Assembly (NCBI GenBank): GCA_001662655.1
Contig: KV460215.1
Direction: 5' to 3' (one strand)
DNA length: 64,000 nucleotides
DNA from: Pseudogymnoascus verrucosus
Taxonomy: Eukaryota
Shown: positions 51,528-64,000 of the stretch, piece after piece
How the letters are laid out: the number at the start of each line of letters is the position of its first letter
How positions within the stretch are numbered: the first letter of the stretch is position 1
Notes under the pieces: model-generated
What the model was told of the DNA's origin: nothing
Seen by the model: only the letters and a program-made list of their open reading frames with translations
The model's database searches: none
Translations under genes and position numbers: made by a program

Positions 51528-51842
51528 GGGGTTCTCGACTCTCGAGTAATAAGGTATTTGAGGCTGGGCTGGTTATGATGCAATGTGGCATATGCTCATG
51601 ATGAACATATTTCCTTTGCGGTCGAGCGAGCATTCGAGGCGTCTCATGGGTAATGCGCAGGGGGGAGGTCCTATTCTAGATGACAGTATCGGTAAACAGT
51701 TGCCAGATCATTAAGACGAAGTACTGCTAAGTGAATGCTGAGTTTATAAATCGAATCCCATTCGCCAATAATGCACATAATATACAGCCAGTCTTACAAT
51801 ATCTTTGCAAGCATTCCCACGCTCTTTGTCTTCCCCAATGGC

Positions 51843-52322
51843 CTACGACCTGCGCTCCCTCACCGACCACGGAATCGACCCCCCTATCCTCGCCAGCGTA
51901 TCCAGCTTTCCATCCCCGAGCTTCACGCTCCCGAACTTGATCATTCGCGGGTCGAGACTGAGCGTCTTGCGCACCTGGTCCTGCACGGCGCTGTTGGCGT
52001 CGTAGCGCAGGACGAAGTGGTGTCCGTCGTGGTAGACTGCCTGATGCTTGGTGGTGCGTTTCGGGAGCGCGGTGACGCCCCAGTTTGTGATTCCGCGAAT
52101 CGTGCCGCCGTTTTGGAGGATGAGGGATCCTGCTGTGCGGGCAATACTGGGGAGGGTTAGTGGGCGAAAGAGGCGCGGGTGAATGGGGGCTGAGATGGGG
52201 GAGGACGAACTCTTTCACCTCGGCGAGGCTGCCGGGGCGGACCTGGAGGGAAATTAGCAATTGGTTCGTGCGGACATAGACGGATAGCTATAGCTTACCA
52301 CCGCAATCAATTCGTATAACAT
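51843..52322 (-). CDS. MRP17: Mitochondrial ribosomal protein bS6m
   Basis: MLYELIAV|VRPGSLAEVKE|IARTAG.LIL..GGTIRGITNWG...GHHFVLRYD..L.LDPRMIK; two introns. Confidence 0.92.
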
Positions 52323-52548
52323 GGCTGAGGTGTGAGCGCAACTGATGTCGTCGTCGTGGTAGTCCTGCACGCCTCGAAAAGTATCGAAGGGCGGATTAAC
52401 CATCATCCGTGCGACGCCGGGGGATGCGGCCGCCTCTTAAAAAAGTTGGGTCCCGCGAACATGGCGATAGTCGATAACGAAAAAGTACAACATCAACCCC
52501 GCCAATTCAGATTTTTGCTTTTTTCGTCCAACCACAACTGGGAATACG

Positions 52549-54070
52549 ATGTCAAAAAGAGCTGCGGAGGAATTCGAGAGGGGCAACGCCCCGTTGAAGG
52601 GAGGAAAGAGAGTTGAGAAGGCAGATGATGTAGACGGTCTGGAGTTTGAGGACGAGTTCGAGGATGAGTTTGAGAGCGAGGATGAGATTTTAGAAGCTGG
52701 AGTGGATGGGAGACCAGATGCCGAGAGGGAAGCAGAAGAAAAAGCTGGTATGTTTATTTTTTGCGCCTCTATGCTGTCTGGCGCAAAGCTAATTATTCCC
52801 AGAGGCGATGGAGGTAGACCAACAGACGTTCATAGTCGGGCGAAACAAGCTCGAGCCTGGCCAGACGCTCTCCCCTGATCTCTCAACATACGAAATGCTG
52901 CACGCTCTCAGCACTCCCTGGCCCTGCCTGTCCTTCGATATTATCAAAGACAACCTCGGCGATAACCGTACCTCGTTCCCCGCAACCATGTACGCTGTTG
53001 CAGGCACGCAGGCCGATGCCAAGCGCGAGAAAGAGAACCAGATCATGGTTATGAAGTTCAGCGGCCTTTCCCGCAACGAACGCGACCAAGACTCTGAGTC
53101 TGACTCCGACGAGGATGAAGATTCGGATCCCATCCTCGAATCAGCCTCTATCCCGCTCAACACCACCACAAACCGCATCCGCGCCCACCAAACCCCAGCG
53201 TCGGACTCCTCCCGCCCCCCTACGACTCTCACAGCCACAATGACAGAGGCAGGCCAAGTCCTGATCCACGATGTCACGCCACACCTTACCTCCTTTGACA
53301 CCCCAGGCTTCACTATCACCCCCCAGCACAACAAGCCCCTATCGACTCTGCGCATGCACAAGGCCGAAGGGTACGCCGTGGACTGGTCCCCTCTCATCCC
53401 GACGGGCAAGCTCGTAACCGGTGATAACACTGGTTCTATTTATGTCACTACCCGGACCCAAGGCGAGGGCTGGGCCACCGACTCCCGCGCCCTGACTGGC
53501 CACACGGGCTCCGTTGAGGAGCTCCAGTGGTCGCCTTCGGAGCGCAACGTCTTCGCCTCTGCGTCTAGCGACGGCACCATCAAAGTCTGGGATGTGCGCT
53601 CCAAGTCTCGCTCCGCAGCCATGAGCGTCCAGGTTTCGGAAACAGATGTGAACGTCATGTCCTGGTCGCCGCTTACGACGCATCTCCTCGCGTCTGGCGC
53701 CGATGACGGTGTCTGGGCTGTTTGGGATCTGCGCAATTGGAAGCCGGCGCCTACACCAGGAGCAAGCTCGAAGCCTACCCCTGTCGCGAGCTTTGGGTTC
53801 CACAAGGAGCAGATTACGAGTGTGGAGTGGCATCCGACCGAGGACTCGATTGTGGCTGTTGCTGCTGGAGACGACACGCTTACACTGTGGGATCTGGCCG
53901 TGGAACTTGATGAAGAGGAAGCGAGGGGTGGAGAGGAGGGTGTGCCGCCGCAGCTGCTGTTTGTGCATTATTTGGAGAGAGTAAAGGAGGCGCATTGGCA
54001 CCCGCAGATCCCAGGCGCGCTGATTGGAACGGGAGAGAGCTTTAATGTCTTCAAGACGATTAGTGTTTAG
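52549..54070 (+). CDS. RRB1: Ribosome assembly WD40 protein Rrb1/GRWD1
   Basis: Acidic N-terminus, YEMLH..WPCLSFD, GYAVDWS, SVEELQWSP and PPQLLFVH motifs; intron 52748-52802. Confidence 0.95.
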
Positions 54071-54328
54071 ATTGGTGATCAAGATCAACTACAATTATTC
54101 ATCAAGAAGTGCTAGCGCTCAAAATAGACTAATTTATGAATTTTTATTGATTTGATACACCGTTGAGCGTGATATGGACTCCCGAGTACAAACGCCTGGT
54201 ATCTTCCCACCCTACATAAAATCATAACCATGCGCCAGTCCCGTTAACTCCTAAAGAAAGCCAACATCATCAACCAACGCGCAATTATCCTCCAAACTCC
54301 AGATAGTACATCCCATTCCCAAGCGCCA

Positions 54329-57300
54329 TCAGATCTTCCCTGCAACCCACCACCACCACTCCCCAACGGTCCACCCTTCGATCCCCGTCCCAGGTGCAAC
54401 CTCTTTCAACGCATCCACCCCAAATGCCCACTCCAGCGCCAATCTTGCCTCCCATTCTTCCAGCGCCGGACTGAGCAGCCGTGTAACTTCCTTAGCCTCA
54501 ATACCCGGCCTCTGCATAATCGTCGCCAGCACTGCTCCCATGACCTTGCGCCACAAACCCGGGATAAGCTGATCGTTGATATCATACCACAGAGGCAGCG
54601 CCCCGTCGTGCGGTTTCGGCGGTGGGTTGTGCTGGACGGACAACATATTTGAGCGGATCAGAGGGTGTGTGTCATCATAGACGTAGGTATCCGAAGGCGA
54701 AATTTGGATATCAAACAGTAACTTGGTCTTATCCATCTTTTTGGTCTGGTAATTCCCCTCCGTCAACCCAAACTTATTCATTGGAATCCTGTGTCCAGTC
54801 TGAACGATCCGTTGCGCACTCTGTAAATTTGTCGTAGCAAGAATTTCTCCCTCGCTCGCCGTATATTCCAGCATAACTATCTCGTCCTTCCTGAAAGCCT
54901 CATCGAGGCACGCCTTGTAAGCTACCGCCTCATTATAATGAGCTTGTGTCAGAATACGCGATAGAGCCGCCGTAAGGACATCGGTGGCTTCAAAGCCGCG
55001 GCCTGGCGCCGGACGGCCTTTGTTTACTGGCATGATGACCTTTGCTTCGACCAGTTGCGAAATCGCGTCGCGCATGATTTCTGGGCCAAGACCCCGTAAT
55101 TTAGCGGATGCAGTGGTGGCATTAAAGCTATCGACTGGTGTAAGCGTGCTTGCTCTTGCCCATGATCGAGCGATGCGGAGCATGTCGTCTTGAGGACCTT
55201 GGGGCGCCTCAGGAGGTTGTGAGGCTGGCAATGTTAAGTTGCTAGCGGATGCGTGAGCAATACGCTTATGCACTGGCAGTGTACTAGAGAAATAAGAATC
55301 CCTCCAGTTTTTCTCTTCGACGTCCTGCAACTCATACATCTCATCGAATTTCTCTCGAGTACTTGGCAAGTCCACGGTAGCCGTCCTGACGAGCTGTGTG
55401 CGTTTCATAGCCCAGTCGATAAGTGCATCCCAATCGTAATCAAGGAGATGGTCGTAGTCCATTCTAGGAAGTTCCCCAGACTCATAAGCAGCTAAATACG
55501 CCGTCTGGAAATCTTCCGTCATTTTGATTAATCGCTTTGCATGTTTATCCGCGAGAACATTGAAGTGCCGACGAACCCAGTTCATGGTACACTGTGGAAA
55601 GAGTCTTGATACGAGGACCCAGTCTACACTCTGGTCAAGGCCGCCAGTCAGGGTCCGTATAACGACAACGGCGACGATGAGGCGGTCATCAAGAGCCTCA
55701 GAGATAACGGTCCGTTCATTTGTACGTTTACGGTGACCGGATATTCCGTGATAGGAAATAGATACCTCGAAATCGGGATCGTTGAGAGGTATATCGAGGC
55801 CTTGGATATCAACAGGCAAAGACGTGTGGCGACGCACGCGGAAGTCTTTCGACTGAGCTGCACGGCGATAAGGCCGTTTGAGGCGGGGCTGGCCGATCAA
55901 CTGGCTGCCAGGCAACTTTCGCTTGCGTGAGAGATAATCAAAGTCAGATTTCGTGGCCTCCACCATTCCAAAGAATGATGAGGCTTGTTCTGTTCTCTGG
56001 CGTTTTTGATAGCCCCGTCTAGGTTTGCTCTTTACAGTCGTCGAAAGGAGTTGTTGTACGGGATCGACAACAAGAAGTTCGTAAGGCAGAGTTTCCAAAG
56101 TAAAGGAGTTATCAGCCAGCCAGGATAGGGTAGCTGGTTCGGTGGTTTGAGGTCCCCTTAGCTCTTCAGTAGTGTGGTTGATATAAATATGGTCTGGCGC
56201 AATATTTCCCATCCCCAATAAAGTTCTGCCTCCGATGGTTTGTTCCCATTCTTCTGTTGTAATGATTTTGGCCATGAAATCTGTGTATGAGGATCCTTCC
56301 CTCGTGTCGAGCTCAAACCCTTTAGCTTTCATCTGAGACATGATGCTTTCAAGGTCCTTGGGCAGCATATCTTTGAACGAGGCAGCAGATCTTGAGAACA
56401 GACCTTTGGATGCTGCCCAGGAGCCCACATCTGCTGCTGCGATAGAACTGTCAGGGGTACCGATCCTTTCAACTGGTGATTTACTGGGAAGACTAAAGCC
56501 CGGTGCTTGTTGTATAAGAGAATCGAGCCCAGGGTTGTTAGTCCACTCTGGCATGACAGACTTTGTCCTCAATCTGCTGTCAGGGAGTGGTAGTGGCTTG
56601 AAGTCGGGCCAGGGCATCTCTTCGCCTGTGACCGTAAGGCCATACGGACGCAGGTCGTCCGACTCATCGTCCCATCTAACAGATTTTGGTTTCTTTGGAG
56701 TAAGCCCCCCTGAAAAATTTGACCCTCGCCCATGATTCCAAGAACCTACGGTGTCCTGGCCGAAGTTTTGTCCTGCAAGCTGGTCTCTGGCTCCAATTCT
56801 CGTCTTGCGCTTTGATTTGTGAACGATAACTGGGCGGAATATGTTACCAGGTGACTTCAGCTGTTGCTGGACTGCTCCACGCTTTGCTGACATGACATGA
56901 ATGGCGTTGACGCCGTGACCAAATGGCCGGAAAGTCCAAGCTGGGTTGTCGGCGGTTTGCATATAAGTCACTGGCTCTGGTAAGTCGGATTTGCGAATAT
57001 GGATCTTTGCCTGCATCTGCTTTGATGGTCCTTTGCCCCATGACCCATCTGTGTTTTGGAGGAACGATGGTGCTGTTTGCCAACCATGGAGCTGAACATA
57101 GTCTGCCTGCTTTTGCTCTTCAGCAGTGAGAGGTTGCTTTTCAGGTTCAACATCTGAAGATATGAAGTCAGAACCCGACTCATCTAAAGACTCGCCTACC
57201 ACATCGCCATTTAAACGTCGGTCTTTTAATGTGACGCCCTGAGCCTTCAGCGACGCCCATAGCGCTTTCATTCGTGATGACTGTCCTTCTCTGAAGCTAT

Positions 57301-60300
57301 CACTACGTCTGTGATACAAGCCATTCTTCCGTCTCCTTCGTCGTCGTCCCATATAATACTCCACGTCAGTCTCGCCCTCAGCATCTGGGTCAGGGATGTA
57401 GAATGGCGCATTGAGAAGAACAATCTCATTCTCGTCATCCGAATCTTGTTCTCCGTTGTTTGTCGTTTGCTTTTGTGCTTCCACAATACTTGATATAATA
57501 CGGGCTTCTTTCAAGGCCTCGGCTTCCTTTGCAGCGCGAATCCTTGGATCCTCTTCCCTTTCTTTCGCAAGCATGCGCCTCTGTCGTTCTTCTTCGGAAG
57601 GTCTCGACTCTCTGGCCTCGAGCATTGATAGCACCGCCTCAGGTGGCTCAAAGTCAGGCGGACAGTAATACCTCGGAAACACCTCTTTAATATTTGCTTT
57701 GATATCATTTACCAAAGGGCTCAGTGGATTGACCCCCTTTTTTGTGACAACAGTGCGCGTACGCATACGGCCGGTTCGATCTCTGAACGAGAACTTGACC
57801 TTTGTTACAAAGCCACCGTCTTCGAGAAGCCCGACAGCCTGATTGCAGTACTTGTAATCTTGGATCAGAGAGTCTGGGTACTTCTGCATCCACGCTGCAT
57901 GCATTGCAAACCACAGCCCTTGGTCGCCTGGGAACGCACCGCCGTTCGCTTCTAACAGATCTAGTATAACTTCTTTACGCTTCTGAGTGATTACCGGGCC
58001 TGTTCTCCTCTCGATGTTGTCCCTGTCATTTGCCGTTGGGTATTTCAGTTTCATCCTGGCGGCGAGCATGGCGCGTTTCTCAGGAGTAGCAAATTTTGAA
58101 GGGCTTTCATCAATAGCTGTCACGGCCGCCGTATCGGCTGGGATTGGAGTTCCAATTCGATGCGAAGGCAAGCTCTGAGCCCCAGGTTCTTCGAGGTTAG
58201 TGGTTTCTCTGAGCTCTTCGGATTCGACGGTCTGTTTACGACGATATTGTCGGCGCTTTGGGCGACCACCATCGTCATGAAGTGACCAACCACCATCTTG
58301 ATCCCTTTGAGCACTGACAAGAGCAGCTTCTTCTGGTGTAAGATCACCAAGGGCAAACGATTCCCTGCTTCTCTTTCTTCTCTCTTCGGGTGGAGGAGGT
58401 GTCGGAGGCCGAGTCCAATTTGGATTGCAAGTCACCTTGGCCTTGGTCTTGTGGTACTTGACGCCTTCGTAATTCTTCCAGGCGCCTTCACATTGGTCGC
58501 ACTTGAATGGTTTCGGGCCGCCATCCGGCACTGGGAATGCCCAGGGTGGTAATGGTATTCTCTTGTTCTTTGGTTTTTTCCTTCGCATCGCTGTGCCAAT
58601 TTTGGCTACGAAAGTTGTGGCAGCCTCAATCGACGTAGGATCGACGAGGAACTTAACTTCTTTTTCCGCGGTCTCGTCAGATTCCTCTTGAGTTTCTTTA
58701 ACCACAACAACTATCTCGGAAGTTTCTGTGTCTACGGCAGGAAACACCGAGATTTTGGATATTTCGATCATCCATTTAGATGTCAAGTCTTCTGTATCGA
58801 GTGGAAGGAATTCAAGTTGTGTCTCGATGTCATTCAGACACAGATTTCCAGCAATACCATCCTTGGAAGCAGAAATATGAATCAGTTCCTCTGCATCATC
58901 TCTGCCGGTTGGAATACCGGCCGTGTCCACATCCATTGCCTCTCCTTCATCAGGTAATGCAGTCTCATTACCATTCGCAACAGCTTCGGGGGCAGCGGCT
59001 TCGACCTCAGCTACAGGCTGGCTAATTATTTCCCCCTCGGGTAACAAAATATCCCCCTGAGCATTAGCTGAAGACTCAGGAGCTGTAGATTCGATTTCAG
59101 CCACAAGTTGGCTGGTCACCAGATCTTGGTGATCAGAGGCAGCTGGGGAAACTTCACGTGGAGGTGAGCTAGGGGAACGAATCGCAGCAGTGTATGGCGA
59201 CTTGTATAGCTTCGATTGAGCTGGTTGAGAAATGGACGAAGCCTGCAACACTGGAGACACCTGTGCTTCAGGCGAAACTGCTTTAGAAGGTCCAGCTGGG
59301 CCGTCAGTAGTGGTGTATGGCGATTTGTACTGGGGCGTAGCGCTTGGGTCGAGGCCAATCTGCAAAGTTTTGGGTGCCGGCGTCCCCATACTTTGCGGCT
59401 GGGGCGCTGGCGTTTTGGAAATTTCTGGTGACTTTGCATATGGCGAGTTGTATCCTCTAGCATATGGTGATACGTAGGCGGATGGTTGCGAGGAGTCTGG
59501 TACTTGGGGGCCATTGGCTACCGCCGCCTTGGTCTGGCTGCTAAGAGATGCAAGCCTTGGGACGGACGGTGTTATGGGAACGTTTGGATACGGCGATGTA
59601 TACGTAGACGTTGAGATAGTTTCTTTTCTAGAACTGTCGATCAAGTCTTTCTTTGTAATCTCTTCACTGTATTGGGCATTGGCAACTGGTGTTGCTACGG
59701 CTGAAGCAACTTGATCTTCAAGGTTGTCATCGCCTGCGGCCTCTGGGATTTGGGATATGACTTCCTCGGCCTCGACGGAGGCTTTATCTTGTGCCTTCGG
59801 AGGCCTTGGAGCTAAATCCAACTCCTTTAATCTCTTAGACTTAATCATCATCATCATCCGCTTTGGTTTTCGCCCCCTTTGGAGCAATCCTGACGGCCCT
59901 CGAATCTGTTCCGGAACTGGAAAATCGGGAAGGTCAAAATAAGCACCAGGAATACCAGCCTCTCGTTCAAGCTGGTCATTGGACGTGTACGTGACTGTCT
60001 TGGCTTCCGTTTTCCTAGGTCTGCCTCGGGGCCTCTTTGGAGTTTCGGGCTGTGATGGCATAGTAGTTCTAGACGGCGCCATTGTAGAAGGCCCCTTGAT
60101 AAGAGTGCTGGGTCGTGCTGCCTTAGTTTGCTTTGAACTTCCTTCTCCCTTTCGAGGAACAATATCTGTGGTTGCTGTGCGTTGTTTTGTTTGTGGCGTA
60201 TCTGTACTTGCAATACCAAGCGACGACGCCAAAGGTTGAGGCGCAACAGTTGGATAATTGGAAACATCGGATATTCGTCCACTCGTTTGTGTAGGTCGGT

Positions 60301-62260
60301 GCAAAACAGTCGCGCCATCCCAGGATGATTCTCCGTTACTAACACGTCTCTCAAAGCTTGACATCATATAGTACTGGTAAATTTCCCTGCCGGACTTTGT
60401 AATAGGCTCCCGCACAATGCGTATCGTCTGTTTATCCGAATTCGACGCCGAGCTAATGTCAAACGGTGAAAACAGCGCAACAAGATCCTCATTTGATACA
60501 GTCTCGGCCTCTGCAAGTAAATCCTCTTCCGAAATTCCCTCATCTCCAGGGTTGGTTTCAATAACTTGCTCAATGATGTCCTCCACCGATTCTTTGGTAG
60601 TGGTCATGGGTGCTGGCTTTTCAGAAGCGTCATACGCTTCCTCGTCTTCTCCATCAAAGAAGTATCCATCAGACACTTCGCTTTCCTCGGCTTCGACATC
60701 ATCGAATGCATCTTCACTCAAGTCTTCCACAGCATATTTGCTAGGCTTACCCTTTGTGCGTTTCCTTGCTCTTGGCTTATGCTCGCTCTTTGGCTTCGCT
60801 CTCGATGGCCTATTCTTGAAACCTTGGCTCGTGAGTCTCTTTTTGAAATGAGACCACTCATCTTCCGTAGGATCCCGGAGAAATTTTATGCAATCTTTGA
60901 AAATCTTTGGATTGTTTGGCAGGAGAGCGCTGACTCGTTTACAGACTTTAAGCTCGAAAAGCTTACGCATAATCCGTTCCAGAGTCTTCCTTAGTCGAAG
61001 ATCATTGATATTCATCTTTGCTAATATGTGAGTACGTCGGATCACTCCCCATGCACGCATAATGGCCACTGCAGTGCGGGCGACCATCTCAATGTCAACG
61101 AATAGGCCGGACCAGTGCTCATGACCAGGGACGGGCTTGAGATCCTGGGTCAGCGTGCTTGCCGGCAGCTCAGATGGGTTGATAATATCTCGTTGCGCAG
61201 CATTTGCCTCCAAGAAAATCTTATGCGTGAGAAGGCTAGTCTTTTGGTTGAAAGCTAGTACCTGCTTTTTCTCGATATACCCCTTTTGCGCAAGGAAATC
61301 TGTGCGCCGTGGAACAGATCTTTTATCTTGCCCGGTGGTATTGCGAGCCTCTGCTTGGAGTATCCCCTTATTTCCTGCGGCTGCAATGGCGAGCAGTAGC
61401 TGCCACTCGGAAAAGGGGAGCTTCGTCTTATCCACATCATGGCCGGTGAGAACAAGCCATAAGCGTCTTTGATTGACATGGACTCGAGGCTGATACTCGA
61501 TAGTTGGGACCCCTGTTTCTGCTTCCGGTGGAGGCTCGAGAAGAAGAGCAGGGTCGATTGCATTGTTGAGTTCATCTTGGGCTTCCTCTTTTATAGGCAG
61601 GGCCTCTGCTTCGTCCAAAGACAGCTCTCTTCCTTCGCCGACAATGATATCATCACGTGCAACCAAAGTATCCCAGACTCTGGCCTGGAAGCTGCGGTCA
61701 ATGATGGGCCTTTGTGATACTTCAGGTTCCGGTACGGGAGTCAGGAATTGCTCTCCATTTTCATCACCGACATCTTCATGCTTGGCGTCGAGTTTGGTCT
61801 TCTCCAGGTTATCATAGAAGGTCTCAATGCGACCGAGCAACTCAGAGACAGAGAGGCCTATGAATCAGGTTAGAAAAGTTCCGCATATCGATTTCCAAGC
61901 TTGGCAAAAAATATAATAGCAAAAGCAAAAACGGTCCTGCGAGGGGATTGAACCCCGCACTACGGGGCTATGATAATGTGTCAGGAGCGACAGCTCCCAT
62001 CAGACCAAGTAGCCACATAATTTGTGCACTGCCCAGAAATCCGCGAGTGTATACTCCACCAATGGAATACCATATAAATTCATGTTTATTCCATCCCTGA
62101 TGAGGGCTTGTGATAATAGCTAGACCTTCCCCTCCAGCAAGGCTGACGAACGGACTCGCAAGGCTGTGGGCGCATTACCTTTATTCCAATCATTGATGGC
62201 AAGCTCCTGGACCAGGAAGTCAATCAGGCCCTCAAAATCATCGGCTTCTGAGTTCTCCAT
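54329..62260 (-). CDS. TFC3: RNA polymerase III transcription factor TFIIIC B-box-binding subunit (Tfc3/Sfc3/GTF3C1-like)
   Basis: B-block winged-helix region LLLAIAAAGNKGILQ..TGQDKRSVPRRTDFLAQKGYIEK, AT-hook-like KRPRGRPRK, and a Sfc3-like C-terminus (RTLTGGLDQSVDW..GWTVGEWWWW). Exon 1 62260-62179, intron 62178-61858, exon 2 61857-54329. Confidence 0.88.
61927..61931 (-). terminator. Pol III-type oligo-T terminator after the tRNA-like element
   Basis: TTTTT one base after the 3' acceptor strand, followed by further T4/T6 runs. Confidence 0.55.
61933..62071 (-). tRNA. Degenerate tRNA-like element / Pol III internal promoter in TFC3 intron 1 (probably not a functional tRNA)
   Basis: A-box-like TGGTGGAGT (62061-62053), B-box GGTTCAATCCC (61954-61944), D-stem GGTG/CACT, imperfect acceptor stem (GGTATTCC/GCAGGACC) and anticodon stem (GCGGA/CCCGT), ~70-nt insert at the tRNA-intron position. 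Confidence 0.65.
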
Positions 62261-62704
62261 CTTGCAAAGCGGTTTGCGATCATTCTTAGCGTCGTGGAAA
62301 AGGTTTCTGTGAAAATGGTTCCGGAGGTCGAACTCGAGCGCTTTTGGTGGTTTGATGTGAATTTGAAGCCGTTATGCCACTTTTTTCTTGTGGCGGATTT
62401 TAGGCGAGGCCCAGCCATTGCATTTGCAGTACATTCATAACTATCACGTGACATTCCACTTTTCAGCACCAGCAATCTATCATGAGAATATGAAGAGGAT
62501 ATTAATAATAGATCTTAAAGCTCCAGATAAATGGCCTACATGCTCGATTAGGGACGTCTGGATAATTTCGTGGCACTCGAAGTTAATTCTCGGACCGGCA
62601 CAGACTCTACGAGGAAAATATTACAGGAACCCCTAAGTTTGAGATCGAATAACTGCAATGATATTTGTCCTGACCCATGAATTTCTATATTTTGAATCTG
62701 CCTC

Positions 62705-63733
62705 TCAGTCCTTCTTACTCCTCAGAGCCGCCGCCTCGCGGTTTTCCTTCATCATTTGCCTGTACCCTTCAACAACGCTCTGTCTCACCTCACCCAACTC
62801 CTCTCTCCTCCTCAAACTTCCTGACGCTTTCGGCACATCCTCGACCTCCACTCTTGCCCCTCTGACCTTGAATTTCTCCTTGGGTATCTTTGTAAATGTC
62901 GGTGGCGCTTGGTAAACATCGCTAAGTCTGTTCGGGCCTTCATTCCTCGTTTTCTTCAATATTGCCCATGGGTCGTCGTTTCCATCATCAATCTCTCCAA
63001 TCGCCTTCTTCTTCTTTCCCTTTCCATTCTTTTTCTTCCCAGTCTGGACAGTATCCTCAGGGTCGAGTTTCCACTTCACTCTTCCCTCGTCGTCCAGCTC
63101 CTCTTCCTCAGCCAACTCCATGGCCTCCTGCCGTCTATCCTGTATCTTTTGCTCCTGTTCACGCCATTCCGCATACATTCTATGCATTCTCTTCTCTGTC
63201 TTGGTTCGCCCCACCTTCAACCCTAATGGATCCTTGCCGTCCTTCCCAGTCTTATTGATCAACCCAGAAATCGGCAGTGCGGCGTCCACCCTAGCGGAGA
63301 ATTCTGACATCTTCTCTCCCGGCTTAATCCTTGGTATCTCAACCTGTTCAGGATCGACCTTGGGTGCCTGCGGCTTATTCCCCTTCTCTGCTGCCGCCGC
63401 AGCCTGCTTTTGCTTTTTCGTCGGCTTTATGCCATCGTCAAGGCCTGAAGGGAGCTTCTTGCCCTGCTGAAACATCATCAGGCGCGCAAATGCCCTCGGA
63501 GTATCATCCGCATCATCTCTGCGCTTCCTCTTGTTTGGCTTCCGCGCCGGTGCGCTATCCGAGCTGAATATGCCATTCGATTTTGCGCCTCTGGCAACTG
63601 CGAGTGGTTTTGCGACTTCGGATGGAGGGAGATCGGCGCTGCACTCATTAGTATTGTGATAGGTAGAAGAAAATAGAGCAGCTCACGTTAGACCGTCATC
63701 CTCAGCTTTACTGCGCTTGTGTTTCGTCGGCAT
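62705..63733 (-). CDS. Conserved Lys-rich, probably nucleolar protein (CCDC137-like)
   Basis: MPTKHKR, DLPP, DDTPRAFARLM, PRIKPGEKMSEFSARVD, DDPW and R..VVEGYR..M motifs; one intron ~63686-63639. Confidence 0.75.
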
Positions 63734-64000
63734 CTTTTAAATTTGTAAATTTGGTAGTTGCGACGGTGAATGGCGAGGCTGAGATTGAATTTTATCAGGG
63801 TGGTCGATTAGATCTCTTGGCGCCGTTTTTGGCGTGGCTGGCCGACTTTCCCGTGTGGGCCTCAGCCTTGTGGGACTGGCTATCTCTTGAACTTCGAAGG
63901 CGCAACTAAAGTTGACGTTTGCACATCAAGTGCGATTGTTCAACTTTGACCGTTTTAAAATTAGACATATGGTCTGTGTTATTTCAATTGCTGGAATTTG

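Noticed and set aside
53339..54088. 249-aa and other minus-strand ORFs over RRB1
   Set aside because: Antisense to a well-conserved gene; explained by codon bias.
61933..62071. Functional tRNA-Arg(TCT) gene
   Set aside because: A TCT triplet sits at the anticodon position, but the acceptor, anticodon and T stems have mismatches and the D-loop GG is missing, so it is reported only as tRNA-like.

Overview
Left end of a chromosome from a filamentous ascomycete. Evidence: a (CCCTAA)n telomere, short GT-AG introns with CTRAC branch points, and an RIP signature; the species cannot be fixed from sequence alone. The telomere caps a heavily RIP-mutated Ty3/Gypsy LTR retrotransposon (67-2325) that is truncated downstream of its gag zinc knuckle. 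A very short subtelomere follows (SDR, secreted DUF1996-CBM1 protein, SAM methyltransferase). Then comes a run of mostly conserved genes: HEM3, GCV3, SPG1/TEM1, PLAC8-domain protein, CAND1, C2H2 protein, PFA3, CLG1-like cyclin, CHS7, PRP19, OHCU decarboxylase, SIM-RING ligase, DCN1, MRP17, RRB1, TFIIIC Tfc3/Sfc3 and a CCDC137-like protein. Two structures stand out. (1) The unusually long first intron of the TFIIIC B-box-binding subunit gene holds a degenerate tRNA-like element with an A-box, a consensus B-box and a T5 terminator, a candidate autoregulatory TFIIIC-binding 'tRNA mimic'. (2) DCN1 is split by a 2.25-kb intron containing a same-strand 507-codon low-complexity ORF with phase-compatible splice sites. 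All gene models were read by eye and exon boundaries are predictions.
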